A stretch of DNA of 64,000 nt from Octopus sinensis (Eukaryota): NCBI RefSeq assembly GCF_006345805.1, contig NC_043016.1, forward strand, positions 13,640,001 through 13,704,000, written 5' to 3'. This document shows, in pieces, positions 40,501 to 51,258 of the stretch (positions are counted from its first letter, which is position 1; each line of letters opens with the position of its first letter). The position numbers were made by a program, and so were the translations under genes. The notes beneath the pieces are model-generated. The model was not told where the DNA came from, did not search any database, and saw only the letters and a list, made by a program, of their open reading frames with translations.

Positions 40501-40831
40501 AACTGCGATCGGCCCGATGCCATAAATCGACAAAACTAACATAATCAATGTGGAGACCCTTTTCTATTAATTTGTAATCTTTTTTGAGGGGTTCATAATT
40601 ACTTTCCTCAGTATTACCTGATGTTACTGTTTCACTACCACATATTGTTATACGATCAGTTTTATCAGCATTATATATATTTGTTTCAAGGGTAGAATCC
40701 TCATTTATTTCTAAGTAATTGTAGCAGAAACCCTTCGATCTGCTTTGACTTTTTGTATAAAAAAGCTTCAACTTATATTTTTCCAAGCCTTCCCTTACTA
40801 CCTGAAAGTCAAGGTTTTAGTTTGTAAAAAA

Positions 40832-40871
<40 letters not shown>

Positions 40872-41563
40872 TGGTCTTCAAAGCTGTCCATAGGCAATTA
40901 TTTTACTTATTTCTTTATTGCACATGAATGGGTGTTTAGAATTTATTGAAGTTCCTGTGATTATACTGGCTCTGATTTTCTTCTTTCTTTTACTTGATCT
41001 AATAGCTGCTGTGTCATATTATTTGGATGTTTCTATTGCACTTTACGAAGTCGATTTAGTATTTTAAATTTCATTTGTAGAGAAAATGACTTGTTTGTGT
41101 TTGGTCAGTTGAAACTAGTATTCAATCTGGAAAGTATTTTAACAGAATATAAGAAAACAAAACTATTGTAGGTGCTACATTAGTGTTCTTTCTACCACAG
41201 TATCATAGAAATGAAAGGAAAGTAAAATGGATTGAAAACCAGAATGGAACTAACAAAACAAAGTGGAATTTTCAAATAGCATACACATAAACAAAAGACA
41301 ACTGAAACTAAAACTGTGCCAAAGTAGAACTGAAAGACAACTGTGTGTGTGTGTGTGTGTATGCATTGTGTGTTGTATTGTAAAAGTTGTACGATTAAAT
41401 TTGAAACATTTATTTTGAAATCTCTTTAAAAATATATATGTACATGTAATGTTGCTGTAATAAATTTTGTTTTTCTTTTCTTTTTCAGCTCTATAAAAAG
41501 GCTCGGCGTTTGGGTTATGGTGAAAGTGACATTTCTGCTGTATATCGTGCCACTAGTGCCTAA
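14621..41563 (+). CDS. GLYR1: GLYR1/NPAC (NP60) homologue, spliced CDS join(14621-14830,19485-19718,22692-22904,23892-24002,31818-31919,33236-33398,35217-35396,35792-35916,41489-41563); 5'-incomplete
   Basis: Nine exons with canonical AG/GT sites join in frame (1413 nt). The product has the Rossmann motif [11 protein letters not shown], then [40 protein letters not shown] and C-terminal DISAVYRA, collinear with GLYR1/NPAC, preceded by a long K/S-rich linker. Confidence 0.93.
15081..15410 (+). mobile_element. RTE 3'-tail-derived short element
   Basis: GAGTGGTTGGCGTTAGGAAGGGCATCCAGCTGTAGAAAC...CCAAC..ATGCTAGC...GACGTTAAAC(GAT)n; other copies at about 18143-18455(-), 21421-21603(+), 43335-43838(+) and 51508-51720(-), plus many older remnants. 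Confidence 0.85.
16760..17450 (-). mobile_element. Degenerate 3' fragment of a restriction-like-endonuclease LINE (Hero/NeSL-like)
   Basis: [24 protein letters not shown]...[10 protein letters not shown] (CCHC knuckle region) followed by a V(P>L)WEE...KGFVG-like segment in broken frames. Confidence 0.65.
19485..19718 (+). CDS. GLYR1: GLYR1 linker exon (DESSPLK...ENNVY), phase 0-0
   Basis: Acceptor ctattttcag, donor gtaagt, 78 open codons. Confidence 0.8.
22367..22558 (-). mobile_element. piggyBac-type MITE
   Basis: TTAA|CCCTTTAG...GAAGGG|TTAA; reverse orientation relative to the 25916 and 37085 copies. Confidence 0.75.
22692..22904 (+). CDS. GLYR1: GLYR1 exon, start of the dehydrogenase domain (NAD(P)-binding motif)
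   Basis: ctctttcag/gtactt; encodes [38 protein letters not shown]. Confidence 0.95.
22943..22995. repeat. (TTA)n microsatellite; many (TA)n, (CA)n, (TG)n and (TAC)n tracts occur elsewhere
   Basis: Direct reading. Confidence 0.95.
23892..24002 (+). CDS. GLYR1: GLYR1 exon (CRDFIKEGA...TPADVV...VKD)
   Basis: ctcttcag/gtaagt, 37 codons in frame. Confidence 0.95.
25523..25565 (+). pseudogene. 5S rRNA 5' fragment (43 nt)
   Basis: GCTTACTGCCATATCACGTTGAATACACCGGTTATCATCTGAT matches the 5' end of animal 5S rRNA as recalled, with about 4 substitutions; it stops before box A. Confidence 0.75.
25916..26120 (+). mobile_element. piggyBac-type MITE
   Basis: TTAA|CCCTTTAGT...ACTAAAGGG|TTAA; nearly the same sequence at 37085-37303. 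Confidence 0.85.
26350..26790 (-). repeat. Interspersed repeat, inverted homologue of 56630-57090
   Basis: Collinear over about 440 bp (GGGCTAATTGGG...CAGCCCAAAACTAAAG, GCTTTACCTGCTAGAAATAGC, GGATGTTCAAGAACCAAATGAAGG). Confidence 0.8.
28043..28489 (-). mobile_element. Retrozyme-like / Penelope-derived non-coding element: 351-bp unit plus 96-bp terminal repeat
   Basis: Direct repeats 28043-28138 and 28394-28489 (1 mismatch), inserted in (TA)n, containing a hammerhead. Confidence 0.75.
28199..28260 (-). ncRNA. Type I minimal hammerhead ribozyme
   Basis: Minus strand: CATGAT-tgt-CACACG-CTGATGA-TGGGTAAACCACCTT-GAAA-CTCGAG-TC-CGTGTG-t-ATCATG. Intact core, 6-bp stem I plus extension, GUC triplet, palindromic stem III loop. 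Confidence 0.8.
31818..31919 (+). CDS. GLYR1: GLYR1 exon (VVFGNCGV...[11 protein letters not shown])
   Basis: tattttcag/gtattg, 34 codons in frame. Confidence 0.95.
33236..33398 (+). CDS. GLYR1: GLYR1 exon ([12 protein letters not shown]...GKRSFFL)
   Basis: cttcacag/gtatta, ends in phase 1. Confidence 0.95.
35217..35396 (+). CDS. GLYR1: GLYR1 exon carrying the active-site motif MKLVVN
   Basis: ttttgcag/gtaatt, phase 1-1. Confidence 0.95.
35792..35916 (+). CDS. GLYR1: GLYR1 exon ([14 protein letters not shown]...AAAANE)
   Basis: ctatttcag/gtaact, phase 1-0. Confidence 0.95.
36560..36850 (-). mobile_element. Degenerate pogo/Tigger transposase fragment
   Basis: [30 protein letters not shown].(D)ET-like segment. 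Confidence 0.55.
37085..37303 (+). mobile_element. piggyBac-type MITE
   Basis: TTAA TSDs and CCCTTTAGT/ACTAAAGGG TIRs. Confidence 0.85.
39606..39728. mobile_element. hAT-type MITE (123 bp)
   Basis: TIRs CAGGGGTCTCCAAA / TTTGGGAACCCCTG; 8-bp TSD atttacaa / atttacac. Confidence 0.8.
39844..40426. mobile_element. Penelope-type insertion with 185-bp inverted arms, each with a hammerhead motif
   Basis: Arms 39893-40077 and 40242-40426; putative TSD tctatgat at 39836-39843 and 40427-40434. Confidence 0.7.
40261..40305 (+). ncRNA. Minimal type I hammerhead ribozyme motif
   Basis: GGACCA-CTGATGA-G-GTCAC-aggagt-GTGAC-GAAA-GAAC-TC-TGGCC; the mirror copy at 40014-40058(-) has GAAA>AAAA. Confidence 0.65.
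40427..40801 (-). pseudogene. Antisense exon-like ORF (125 open codons) interrupted by the Penelope-type insertion
   Basis: Acceptor ccttgactttcag| at 40802; stop-free frame; removing the insertion restores ...HHRIM|gtaaaa with a donor at 39829. Confidence 0.5.
41489..41563 (+). CDS. GLYR1: GLYR1 terminal coding exon ([24 protein letters not shown])
   Basis: Long pyrimidine tract plus cag; stop TAA at 41561-41563; matches the GLYR1 C-terminus. Confidence 0.95.
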   Translation, partial: LYKKARRLGYGESDISAVYRATSA

Positions 41564-44551
41564 TTCCAATGTTACTTTTTGATAGTGACTTCTGCCATTA
41601 AATCTTAGAATGTGTGTATTCATGTTACAATTTCTAAAAAAAAAAAAATATGTGCTCATAAAAATGACTCCCGACACAATGTAATGGTAAAAATTTTCAT
41701 TATGACAGCATTCTTACTAGGATATAAACAAAACATCATTTTTACTGTATGAAATAACATTATTATTGCATTATTGATTTCTCTGTCTTAACACTTTCCT
41801 CCATTTTGTAATATCATACTATTTTCTAAAAGTCATTTAATTTCTTTCTCATTTATTGTCTTCCTGTCTAAATGAATTTTTTCTTCTTGTGAGTTATGGA
41901 AAGTATCATAGAACTACAGTGTATCTGCAGTTATGGTGCTGTTACTACTATTACTACTACTACAACTACTACTACTATTATTCACCTGGTCAAGAGATCT
42001 TGTGTTCTGCTACAATCACATTTGCTGTGAATAGGAAGAACTTTTTTGTCTTCTGGAACATTTCATATTCACATCAGTTTTAAAAAATGAAAATATTAAG
42101 AAAAGAAAAAAAACACAACAAAATATATCATCATTTCATTGAAAGCAGAAGGAAAAAAAAAAATGATTTCTAATCATGTTGTGTATATAATAGCATAAAT
42201 TAGAGATTCTGTATGTAATATTCCACTGTTTTCAAATCAGTTTCTACTTTTATTTCTCTTACATGGGAATCTTGTAAAAATAGATAAGATTAAATGTATG
42301 TGTGTGTTATTTTTGATATTCAAATGTTACTTCAGCTTTCTTAAAATGTGTCCTCAGCTAAATGTCTGCAGCAAATGATCAGAAAGTATGTGTAAACTGA
42401 AAAATTTATTTATGAAATATTTTTCATCCATATTAGTCTTACTGCAATTGTTTTAGTATGAATTTCTATTGAATTTGTTCTAAAAATTCCTTATGGCTAT
42501 GATTTTTATTCAAATTCCTCAGTTCACTACATGAATTTATTATATCACTTGTATGTTTTTGTTTTTTTTTATACATACATTTTCTTCCCCTGCAGATTTA
42601 AATATATTTGTTTCTGTGTACTTTGGGATATTCACCTATCATTTTTCTCACTCCATATTAATAGATATATAAATTTCAGTTAAAGACAAAAGTTGATCCT
42701 TGACTGAATTAGTAAGTGAATATGCAAAAAAAAAAAAATGTTGGTTGATAGGGAAAATACTGATTCAAACGTGCAACATGAGCTTCATAAAGTTTGTTCA
42801 GTCGTTTTTATGGTTCTATTGACAAGTCGTATTGTTTTATCATTGTAGACAAGTAGACAACATTAAAGCTAACTCATTAATTCATACTTTTTATTCGTGT
42901 GTTTGAGATTTGATCATGATGTATCACATACACGTCAACATAGGAAGTTATCTTCTTTTTGTTAGTTCAAATTTTATTTTATTTTATTTTTTTAAGACAG
43001 GATATTTTTTCGTAGTTGTCCCTCCATTTTACACAATGTCCTTTTCAAAAGTTGTGATTCAAAAATTTCAAATAATTGGTTATTGATCACTGTTACTTTT
43101 TGAATCCAACAGCTAATATCATTGTTCACTTTATACAATATTGAACTTCTACGTAAATAAAATGCTGCTGAAAAACAGTGGAATTCTCTTCTGCTACATT
43201 TGTTTTCTTTTCTTTTTGACTTTCATTAATGTTATCTCTAATGTACCTGATACTTGCATGATATATTGATATAGATGAGTTTGTTTGTGTTACCCTACCT
43301 TTCTCTATTTTATACCTTGCTATACTTTTCTAATTGCCATTCGATGACGGGCACAAGCACCATACGAGTGCGATTGTTACTGGCACTTGTGCCCCGTGCT
43401 AGTAGGGTGCTAAGAGTACCATCTGAGCGTGATCGTTGCCAGAGCGGCTAACTGGCTTCCGTGCCGGTGGCATGTAGGAGGCACCATTCGAGCGGGATCA
43501 TTACCAGCATGCCTTACTGGCACCTGTGCCGTTAGCATGTATAAAAAAAATTTTTAAATAAAAATTCGAGCGAGGTCGTTGCCAGTACCGCCTGACTGGC
43601 CCATGTGTAAAATTCGAGCAAGGTTGTTGCTAGTACCACCTGACTGGCCCCCGTGCCGGTGGCATGTAAAAGCACCCACTACACTCTTGGAGTGGTTGGC
43701 ATTAGGAAGGGCATCTAGCTGTGGAAACTCTGCCAGATCAGGACTGGAGCTTGGTGCAGCCATCTGGTTCGCCAGACCTCAGTCAAACCGTATAACCCAT
43801 GCTAGTATAGAGAGCGGACGTTAAATGATGATGATGATTGTATAACATATGAAAACTAAGCCTGTACTTGATCACATTATCATATCTGAAGCAGTTTTTC
43901 TTTGGGATGGACACTAAGAGGACTGACATGGGAAGCAGACACATTGCCATTAAGATAGTTTTAAATTTCTTCAATACCATAGTAAAGAAAGAAGAGTTGT
44001 ATGGATGCAGATTCTATTATATTTTGTTACTCATATATTTTTTGGTTAGGCAAGGGCTGGTATATGTCAGTTTAAGAACTACTGATATCATGTTTATAGC
44101 CACCAGGAGTTTTCAACAAAGCATTGCTTAACTTTTTCTGAAAAATTTGGTTACCACTATAGCTCCCCCTTATGTTCTTGTGATTGATATATATTTGTCT
44201 GTGAGGATCAAGAGTGTTAAAACTTCATTTAAATTGTTTAATATACAGGCAGGCATCAGCCCACATTACATTTACTTCAGGCCATACGATTTCATGTTTA
44301 GGGGAATTATAAAATATGACCTGTAATTACACTTTTAGGGTAACTTAGATAAATTGTAAGAATTTTCAAAACAAAATACACTTTTTTTTTAAAAGGTGGC
44401 AGCTTGGCATTTTAGCTGAGACCAGAGTAGTTACAAATTTGAAAAGCTACAATCACAATACACAAAAACACATGGATATATATATATATGTGTGTGTGTG
44501 TGTACTTCATAAACACTTATGATGGTGATGTGAAATTTCTGTCTCTCTGTA

Positions 44552-44591
<40 letters not shown>

Positions 44592-46389
44592 ATAATAATA
44601 ATATTAGGGAATATTATTCCAAACTTACAAGGGAAAATTCAATTTAGTAATACTAAATCAAATTTCACAATATATATATATAAATTAGAGAAGACCCAAC
44701 CTTTTATCAATTTAACAATGATATAAATAAATTATACCATATAGAAAAAAATTAAATAATAAATAAAAAGATATACCAATAATTAAGTAAAGTACAAAAT
44801 AAATAAAAAGTATGTAATTGGTAAAAGGACTACACATGTTAATTTATATACATATATTATATGCCATCATCATTTATATACACATATATATGCCGTCATC
44901 ATTTGTCTGCTTTCCATGCTAGCATGGGTGGCACGGTACCACAAGAGCCAGCCAGGATTTTTGCAGCTGGATGCCTTTCCTTACACTTTACAATGTGGAT
45001 TGGGTGCTTTTAAGTACCACTTGCACTGACAGGGTCACCAAGTACTTGTAAGACAAAAAAAAAAATCTTTTGAGAGTGGATGGAGCATTGGAAGAGGTGA
45101 TCTTGTGTCGGATGATGAAAGGTTAGAGTGAAACAGACAGACAGAAACAGGTGTCTTTCAGTTTCCATCTATCATGTCTACTCACAAGGCTTTGGTTGAT
45201 CCGAGGCTATAGCAGAAGACACCATGGCACCATGCGCTGGAACTGAACCGAAGACCTTGAGAAGCAAAACGTTTTACAGTCATGCCGGTGCTTAAGTATA
45301 TTTGTATATATGTCCATGTGTGTGTGCACGTATCATCATTTAACATTCCTTTTATCATGCTTAGAATGGGTCAGCATGAACCAGAGAGTTGCACCAAGCT
45401 CCAGTGTCTGCTTTTGCATGGTTTCTACTGCTGAATGTCCTTCCTAACACCAACCACTTCATGGCACCAGCACCAGTTGGTTAACCAAGTATTTGCAGAA
45501 TAAGACCCCTCCCCCCTCAACTGAGTCGGGTAATTGAAGGATAAGAAAGCTAGATAGGATAGGAGCAAGTGTTTGCTGAATAAGTGAACACTTGGTTTTC
45601 CCCCTATCTGAAGAGAAGTATGTAGGTAAAATATGTATGTATATTGAAAAGTGAAAGAAAGAAAATAAGATGAAGTGCAGATTAGATAATTGCTAAGGGA
45701 CTTTGTGTTACATGAAAAGAATGGTAGCCTTACCTCAAAAAAAAAAAAATTTATCCACCAATGGCACTCATTCTCATTGTTTGATATTAACATATAATCA
45801 TCATCATCAACATTAAATGTTTGTTTTCCATGAGTTATGAAAAGTATCATAGAACTACAGTATATCTGTAGTTATGGTGCTGGGTTGGATGGTTTGACAA
45901 GAGCTGGCAAGTCTGTTTTCTCTTGGTTTCTGCAACTGGATGTTCTTCCTAATGTCAACCACTTTACAGAGAGTGATGGGTGCATTTTACATAGCACATT
46001 GCCAGTGCTTTTCAAGTGGCACCAGCACCCACACTAATACTTTTTATGGACACCTTGGTTTTAGAATTGATGTACAGGTTCTTTGGTAAATTCTCCTTCT
46101 TAGCTATAACTTTCATTATATATTCAGATTGTAGTAGGTCTCATGTTAAAGCTTCATGCCGTCTGACCTTCCCTCCAAGCTCATTTTTCATCCTTACAAT
46201 AAAAAAGGATATAAACAAACCAACACTGATTGCTATGCTAAGTGATGTGGGGTGGGCTTCTTTCAGTTTCCATCTAGCCTACTGACAAGGCTGGTTGGTC
46301 TAAGGCTATAGTGGGAAACACTTGCCCATATACATACTTGCTCACTGCAAGGGAGTTTTGCTGAACCAGGTATTAAAAATATTCCACAT

Positions 46390-47253
46390 GACCCCCTCTC
46401 ATTTAAATTACGTTCTACTAATATTTCCAAAGTTTCTAGATGGTGTGTAATATTCACTACGATTTATATTCATTCTCGCTAGATGGTGTGTAATATTCCC
46501 TACGATTTATATTCATTCTCGCTGCTCCTTCATTTCAACCCCATATTTTAAGCGTTGGTCATAAACCAAATCCCGTTTCTCTATTATCTTATCGCCATTG
46601 TCAGCATGGCTTCCTGTCCTACCCCACCCCAATCCCTAACTCCTTATAAACCAGTGTACGATTTTATTTCGTCCCATTTCTCGAGCTACTTGATGACAAT
46701 ACGGATCTCAGAAATATGCCCAGATAAGCGTTCTCCACTTTTTAACCTATCATTCATTCATATTTTTTAAGCGCTGATCGTAAACCTAATCCCGTTTCTC
46801 TACTATCTTTATCTATATCGCCATTGCCAACTCGGCTTCCTGTCTGTTCTGTTTTCAGGCCCCTTCGTGTTATTCCATTCCAAATGACTTCTTACAAGTA
46901 CTATCTCGCCCCCTCTCATTTAAATTACATTCTACTAATATTTCCAAAGTTTCTAGATGGTGTGTAATATTCCCTACGATTTATATTCATTCTCGCTGCT
47001 CCTTCGAGGCGCCCGCCCTCCCACCCCCTCCACCAATAACCGGAAGTTTCTACCGCTGTCTTGACTCCCCCCTCCCGCGTATACATCCACGTCGGTTCTT
47101 TTTGATCATATGGAACAAAAACGGTGAAACATATGCAGCTGTATGGAAGTTTCTAACCCAGTCTTACTTACCACCCCCCACCTCCATCCCCATGTAGGGT
47201 TATTTGATCATATAGCGCAAAAACTGTGAAATGTATGCAGGTTGAAGTCTAGT
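46390..47253. repeat. Internally duplicated element upstream of RTE copy 2
   Basis: About 110-bp direct repeats (near 46393 and 46911), an internal ~45-bp tandem, a second ~75-bp pair (near 46545 and 46765), and CTAG|T at 47249-47253. Confidence 0.5.
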
Positions 47254-47261
47254 GTTTCAGT

Positions 47262-50200
47262 ATGAAATCTGCCAACTGCAAGCTTTCTTTTCAGGTACAT
47301 GACACGACTGTCCCTCATCCCAGGGTCTCAGAAGCCTACACCTCCCACACTCTCAGAGTTGGCACACTCAATGTTGGCACATTGAAAGGTAGGTCTGGAG
47401 AGATTGTAGAGCTGCTTGAACGGAGACGTGTGGATGTATGTTGTATCCAGGAAGTAAGGTGGAGAGGAGGTTCCGCTAGGCTCCTCACAGGCAAGGAACA
47501 CAGGTACAAGATTTTCTGGGCAGGGAACACTGACGGGGTCGGGGGCGTGGGTATACTTCTTGCAGAGAAATGGGTGGGTAAGGTAATCGAGGTAGTCAGA
47601 GTAAGTGACAGAGTAATTAAAATTAGATTAGTCCTTCACCACAGGACAGCTACCATCATCTCGGCATATGCCCCTCAACCAGGACTACCAGAAGGACAAA
47701 AAGACCAATTCTATGACACCCTATTGCGGACTACCTCGTTGACAAATGACAGTGACCTTCTCTTCGTGGCAGGTGATTTCAATGGACATGTCGGACGGCA
47801 TGTCGGGGGCTTCCATGGCTTCCATGGAGGCTACGGTTTTGGCTCTCGAAATGAGGAGGGAACTAGGCTGCTGGAGTTCTGCGATGCAAATGACCTTATG
47901 GTCTGCAATACCAACTTCAGGAAACCCACCTCTCACCTAGTCACCTACCGTTCTGGCAGACACACCAGCCAGATTGACTACATCCTTGCCAGAAAAAGGG
48001 AAAGAGGGCTGCTTATAAATGCCAAAACCTTTCCAGGCGAAGAATGTACTCCTCAACATAGATTAGTAGTTAGCGACTTAAGGATCAGAGCTAAATGGTT
48101 GCCCAGAAGAAGACCTGCTTGGAGGAGAAGGGTCTGGAAGCTTAAAGATCCTGCAAATGGACAGAGATTTAGAGACATACTACTCGAAGCCTTTGACGAA
48201 ATAGAAGGGGATATAGCTTCACTTAATGTGGAAGGCAACTGGAGATTTCTACGGGACAATCTGCTGACAGCCACTGACCAGATCTGTGGATGGAGCAAAG
48301 TACCATCTCGACCCAGAGTAACATGGTGGTGGAACTCTGTGGTTGACAGGGCTATTAGACAAAAGAGACAGGCTTGGAAGGACTGGAGGAACGGTGGTAG
48401 CAGGGAATTGTATCAGACAGCCAGAAGGGAAGCTAGGAGACAGGTTTATTTAGCCAGAGGGGAAGCGGATAAGAAAAAATTTGCCAATGTCCTGCGCCAT
48501 GAAGATGAAAGACTTGAGGTATTTCGTGTTGCAAGACAGTGTGTGAGAGAGAATCGTGATGTGGTAGGAGAGAAGTGTGTTCGCATGGATGATGGTTCAC
48601 TTGCGCTAAATGAGGATGCAAAGAGAGAGGTTTGGAGATGCCACTATGAAAGGTTGCTGAATAAAGAAAATGAATGGGATAAAGAGAGTCTGCCGAATGT
48701 TGACCCAACAGAGGGACCAGCTATCCGAGTTGATAGTTCCGTGGTAGCTAAGGCAATTAGAAGCATGAAGACAGGGAAAGCCCCAGGCCCATCAGGAATT
48801 ACTGCAGAGATGCTCAAAATATCTGGCAGTGTCGGCTATAACCTAGTCACCCGTATAGTCAACCAGGTGATACACGAAGGAGTCATACCCAATGACTGGT
48901 GTAGCAGCATACTAGTCAACTGCTACAAAGGTAAAGGTGATGCCCTAGATACAAATAATTACAGAGGTATCAAGCTGTTGGATCAAGTAATGAAGGTTAC
49001 GGAGAGGGTCATAGCCCAACTAATTAGAGAGAGAGTTAGTTTAGATGAGATGCAGTTTGGGTTCGTGCAAGGGAAAAGTACCACGGATGCTATATTCCTG
49101 GTAAGGCAGCTGCAGGAGAAATACCTAGCCAAAGATAAGCCCCTGTACCTGGCTTTTGTTGACATGGAGAAAGCTTTTGATAGGGTCCCCCGATCCCTTA
49201 TCTGGTGGTCAATGAGGAAACTAGGGATAGATGAATGGCTGGTGAGGACTGTGCAAGCCATGTACAGAGATGCCGTAAGTAAGGTTAGGGTTAGCAACAT
49301 GTACACAGAAGAATTCAAAGTAGAGGTTGGGGTCCACCAGGGTTCAGTACTCAGCCCCCTCCTATTTATCATAGTCCTACAGGCAATTATGGAGGAATTC
49401 AAGACAGGTTGTCCCTGGGAGCTCCTCTACGCTGATGACCTTGCTCTTATTGCTGAGTCACTATCAGAGCTGGAGGAGAAGTTCCAGGTGTGGAAGGAGG
49501 GTTTAGAATCGAGGGGCCTTAGAGTCAACCTAGCTAAAACCAAAGTACTAATAAGTAGGAAGGTAGACAATCCACAAATGTCTTCAGGAAGATGGCCCTG
49601 CTCGATCTGTAGAAAAGGTGTAGGTAGAAACTCTATAAGATGTACCCAGTGTAAGCTATGGACACATAAGAGGTGCAGCAATGTCAAAGGTAGGCTAACT
49701 GGGAAGATAGTTTTTGTATGTGGCAGATGCTCAGGAGCATTAACCTCCGAAAATCTGCAGAAAATAACTTCAGTCACTTTCCAAGGGGAAAAACTAGAAG
49801 TAGTTGATAGCTTCCGTTATCTAGGTGACCAAGTCAGTAGTGGGGGTGGGTGCGCTGAAAGTGTAACTGCTAGAATAAGAATAGCCTGGGCAAAGTTTAG
49901 GGAGCTCTTACCTCTGCTGGCCTCTCGCTCAGAGTAAAAGGCAGACTGTATGATGCGTGTGTACGAACAGCCATGCTACATGGCAGTGAAACATGGGCCG
50001 TGACTGCCGAGGACATGCGTAAGCTCGTGAGGAATGAAGCCAGTATGCTCCGATGGATGTGTAATGTCAGTGTACATACTCGACAGAGCGTTAGCACCTT
50101 GAGAGAAATGTTGTACCTAAGAGGCATCAGTTGTGGTGTGCAAGAGAGACGATTGAGCTGGTATGGTCATGTGGCGAGAATGGATGAAGATAGGTGTGTG

Positions 50201-51258
50201 AGAAAGTGCCAATCCCTAGCAGTTGAGGGAACCCGTGGAAGAGGTAGACCCAGGAAAACCTGGGACGAGGTGGTGAAGCACGACCTTCGAACTTTAGGCC
50301 TCACTGAGGAAATGACCAGCGACCGAGACCTTTGGAAATATTCTGTACGTGAGAAGACCAGGCAGGACAAGTGAGCCCAGCCCACTTATGAATGCCTTTC
50401 CTCCCTTGGACACAAAGACCTGTTGGGGCAAGCGAAGTCGAAACAGAACCTCATCCGACGACAGGCACCCATGCCAACCCCCCTTTGCTTGCGAAGACAT
50501 GTTGGGGCAAGCGAAATCGAAATCGAAGTCAAAATCGAATTGAACCAGCCAGGATCCCTGGTCTGGTGGTACGTAAAAAGCACTATCCGACTCGTGGCCG
50601 ATGCCAGCGCCGCCTCCACTGGCTTCTGTGCCGGTGGCACGTAAAATACACCAATCTGACCGTACGACAGGCACCCATGCCAACCCCCTTGCTTGCGAAG
50701 ACATGTTGGGGCAAGCGAAATCAAATCTAACCAGCCAGGTTCCCTGGTCTGGTGGTACGTAAAAAGCACTATCCGACTCGTGGCCGATGCCAGTGCCGCC
50801 TCCGCTGGCTTCCGTGCCGGTGGCACGTAAAATACACCAATCTGACCGTACAACAGGCACCCATGCCAACCCCCTTGCTTGCGAAGACATGTTGGGGCAA
50901 GCGAAATCGAATTGAACCAGCCAGGATCCCTGGTCTGGTGGTACGTAAAAAGCACCATCCGACTCGTGGCCGATGCCAGCACCGCCTCGTCTGGCTTCCG
51001 TGCCGGTGGCACATAAAATACACCAATCCGACTGTGGCCGTTGCCAGCCTCGCCTGGCACCTGTTCAGGTGGCACGTAAAAAGCACCCACTACACTCACG
51101 GAGTGGTTGGCATTAGGAAGGGCATCCAGCTGTAGAAACACTGCCAGATAAGACTGGAGCCTGGTGCAGCCTTCTGGCTTCCCAGATCCCCGGTCGAACC
51201 GTCCAACCCATGCTAGCATGGAGAACGGACGTTAAACAACGATGATGATGATGATGAT
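47262..51258 (+). mobile_element. RTE-clade LINE copy 2, near full length (APE endonuclease, RT, PHD), one frameshift
   Basis: 891-aa ORF (GTLNVGTL, CIQEVRW, GDFNGHVG, SQIDY, QHRLV, RT motifs) continuing in another frame to 50374; 10-bp deletion at 49920/49921; 3' UTR with three ~185-205-bp units; (GAT)n tail. Confidence 0.96.
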
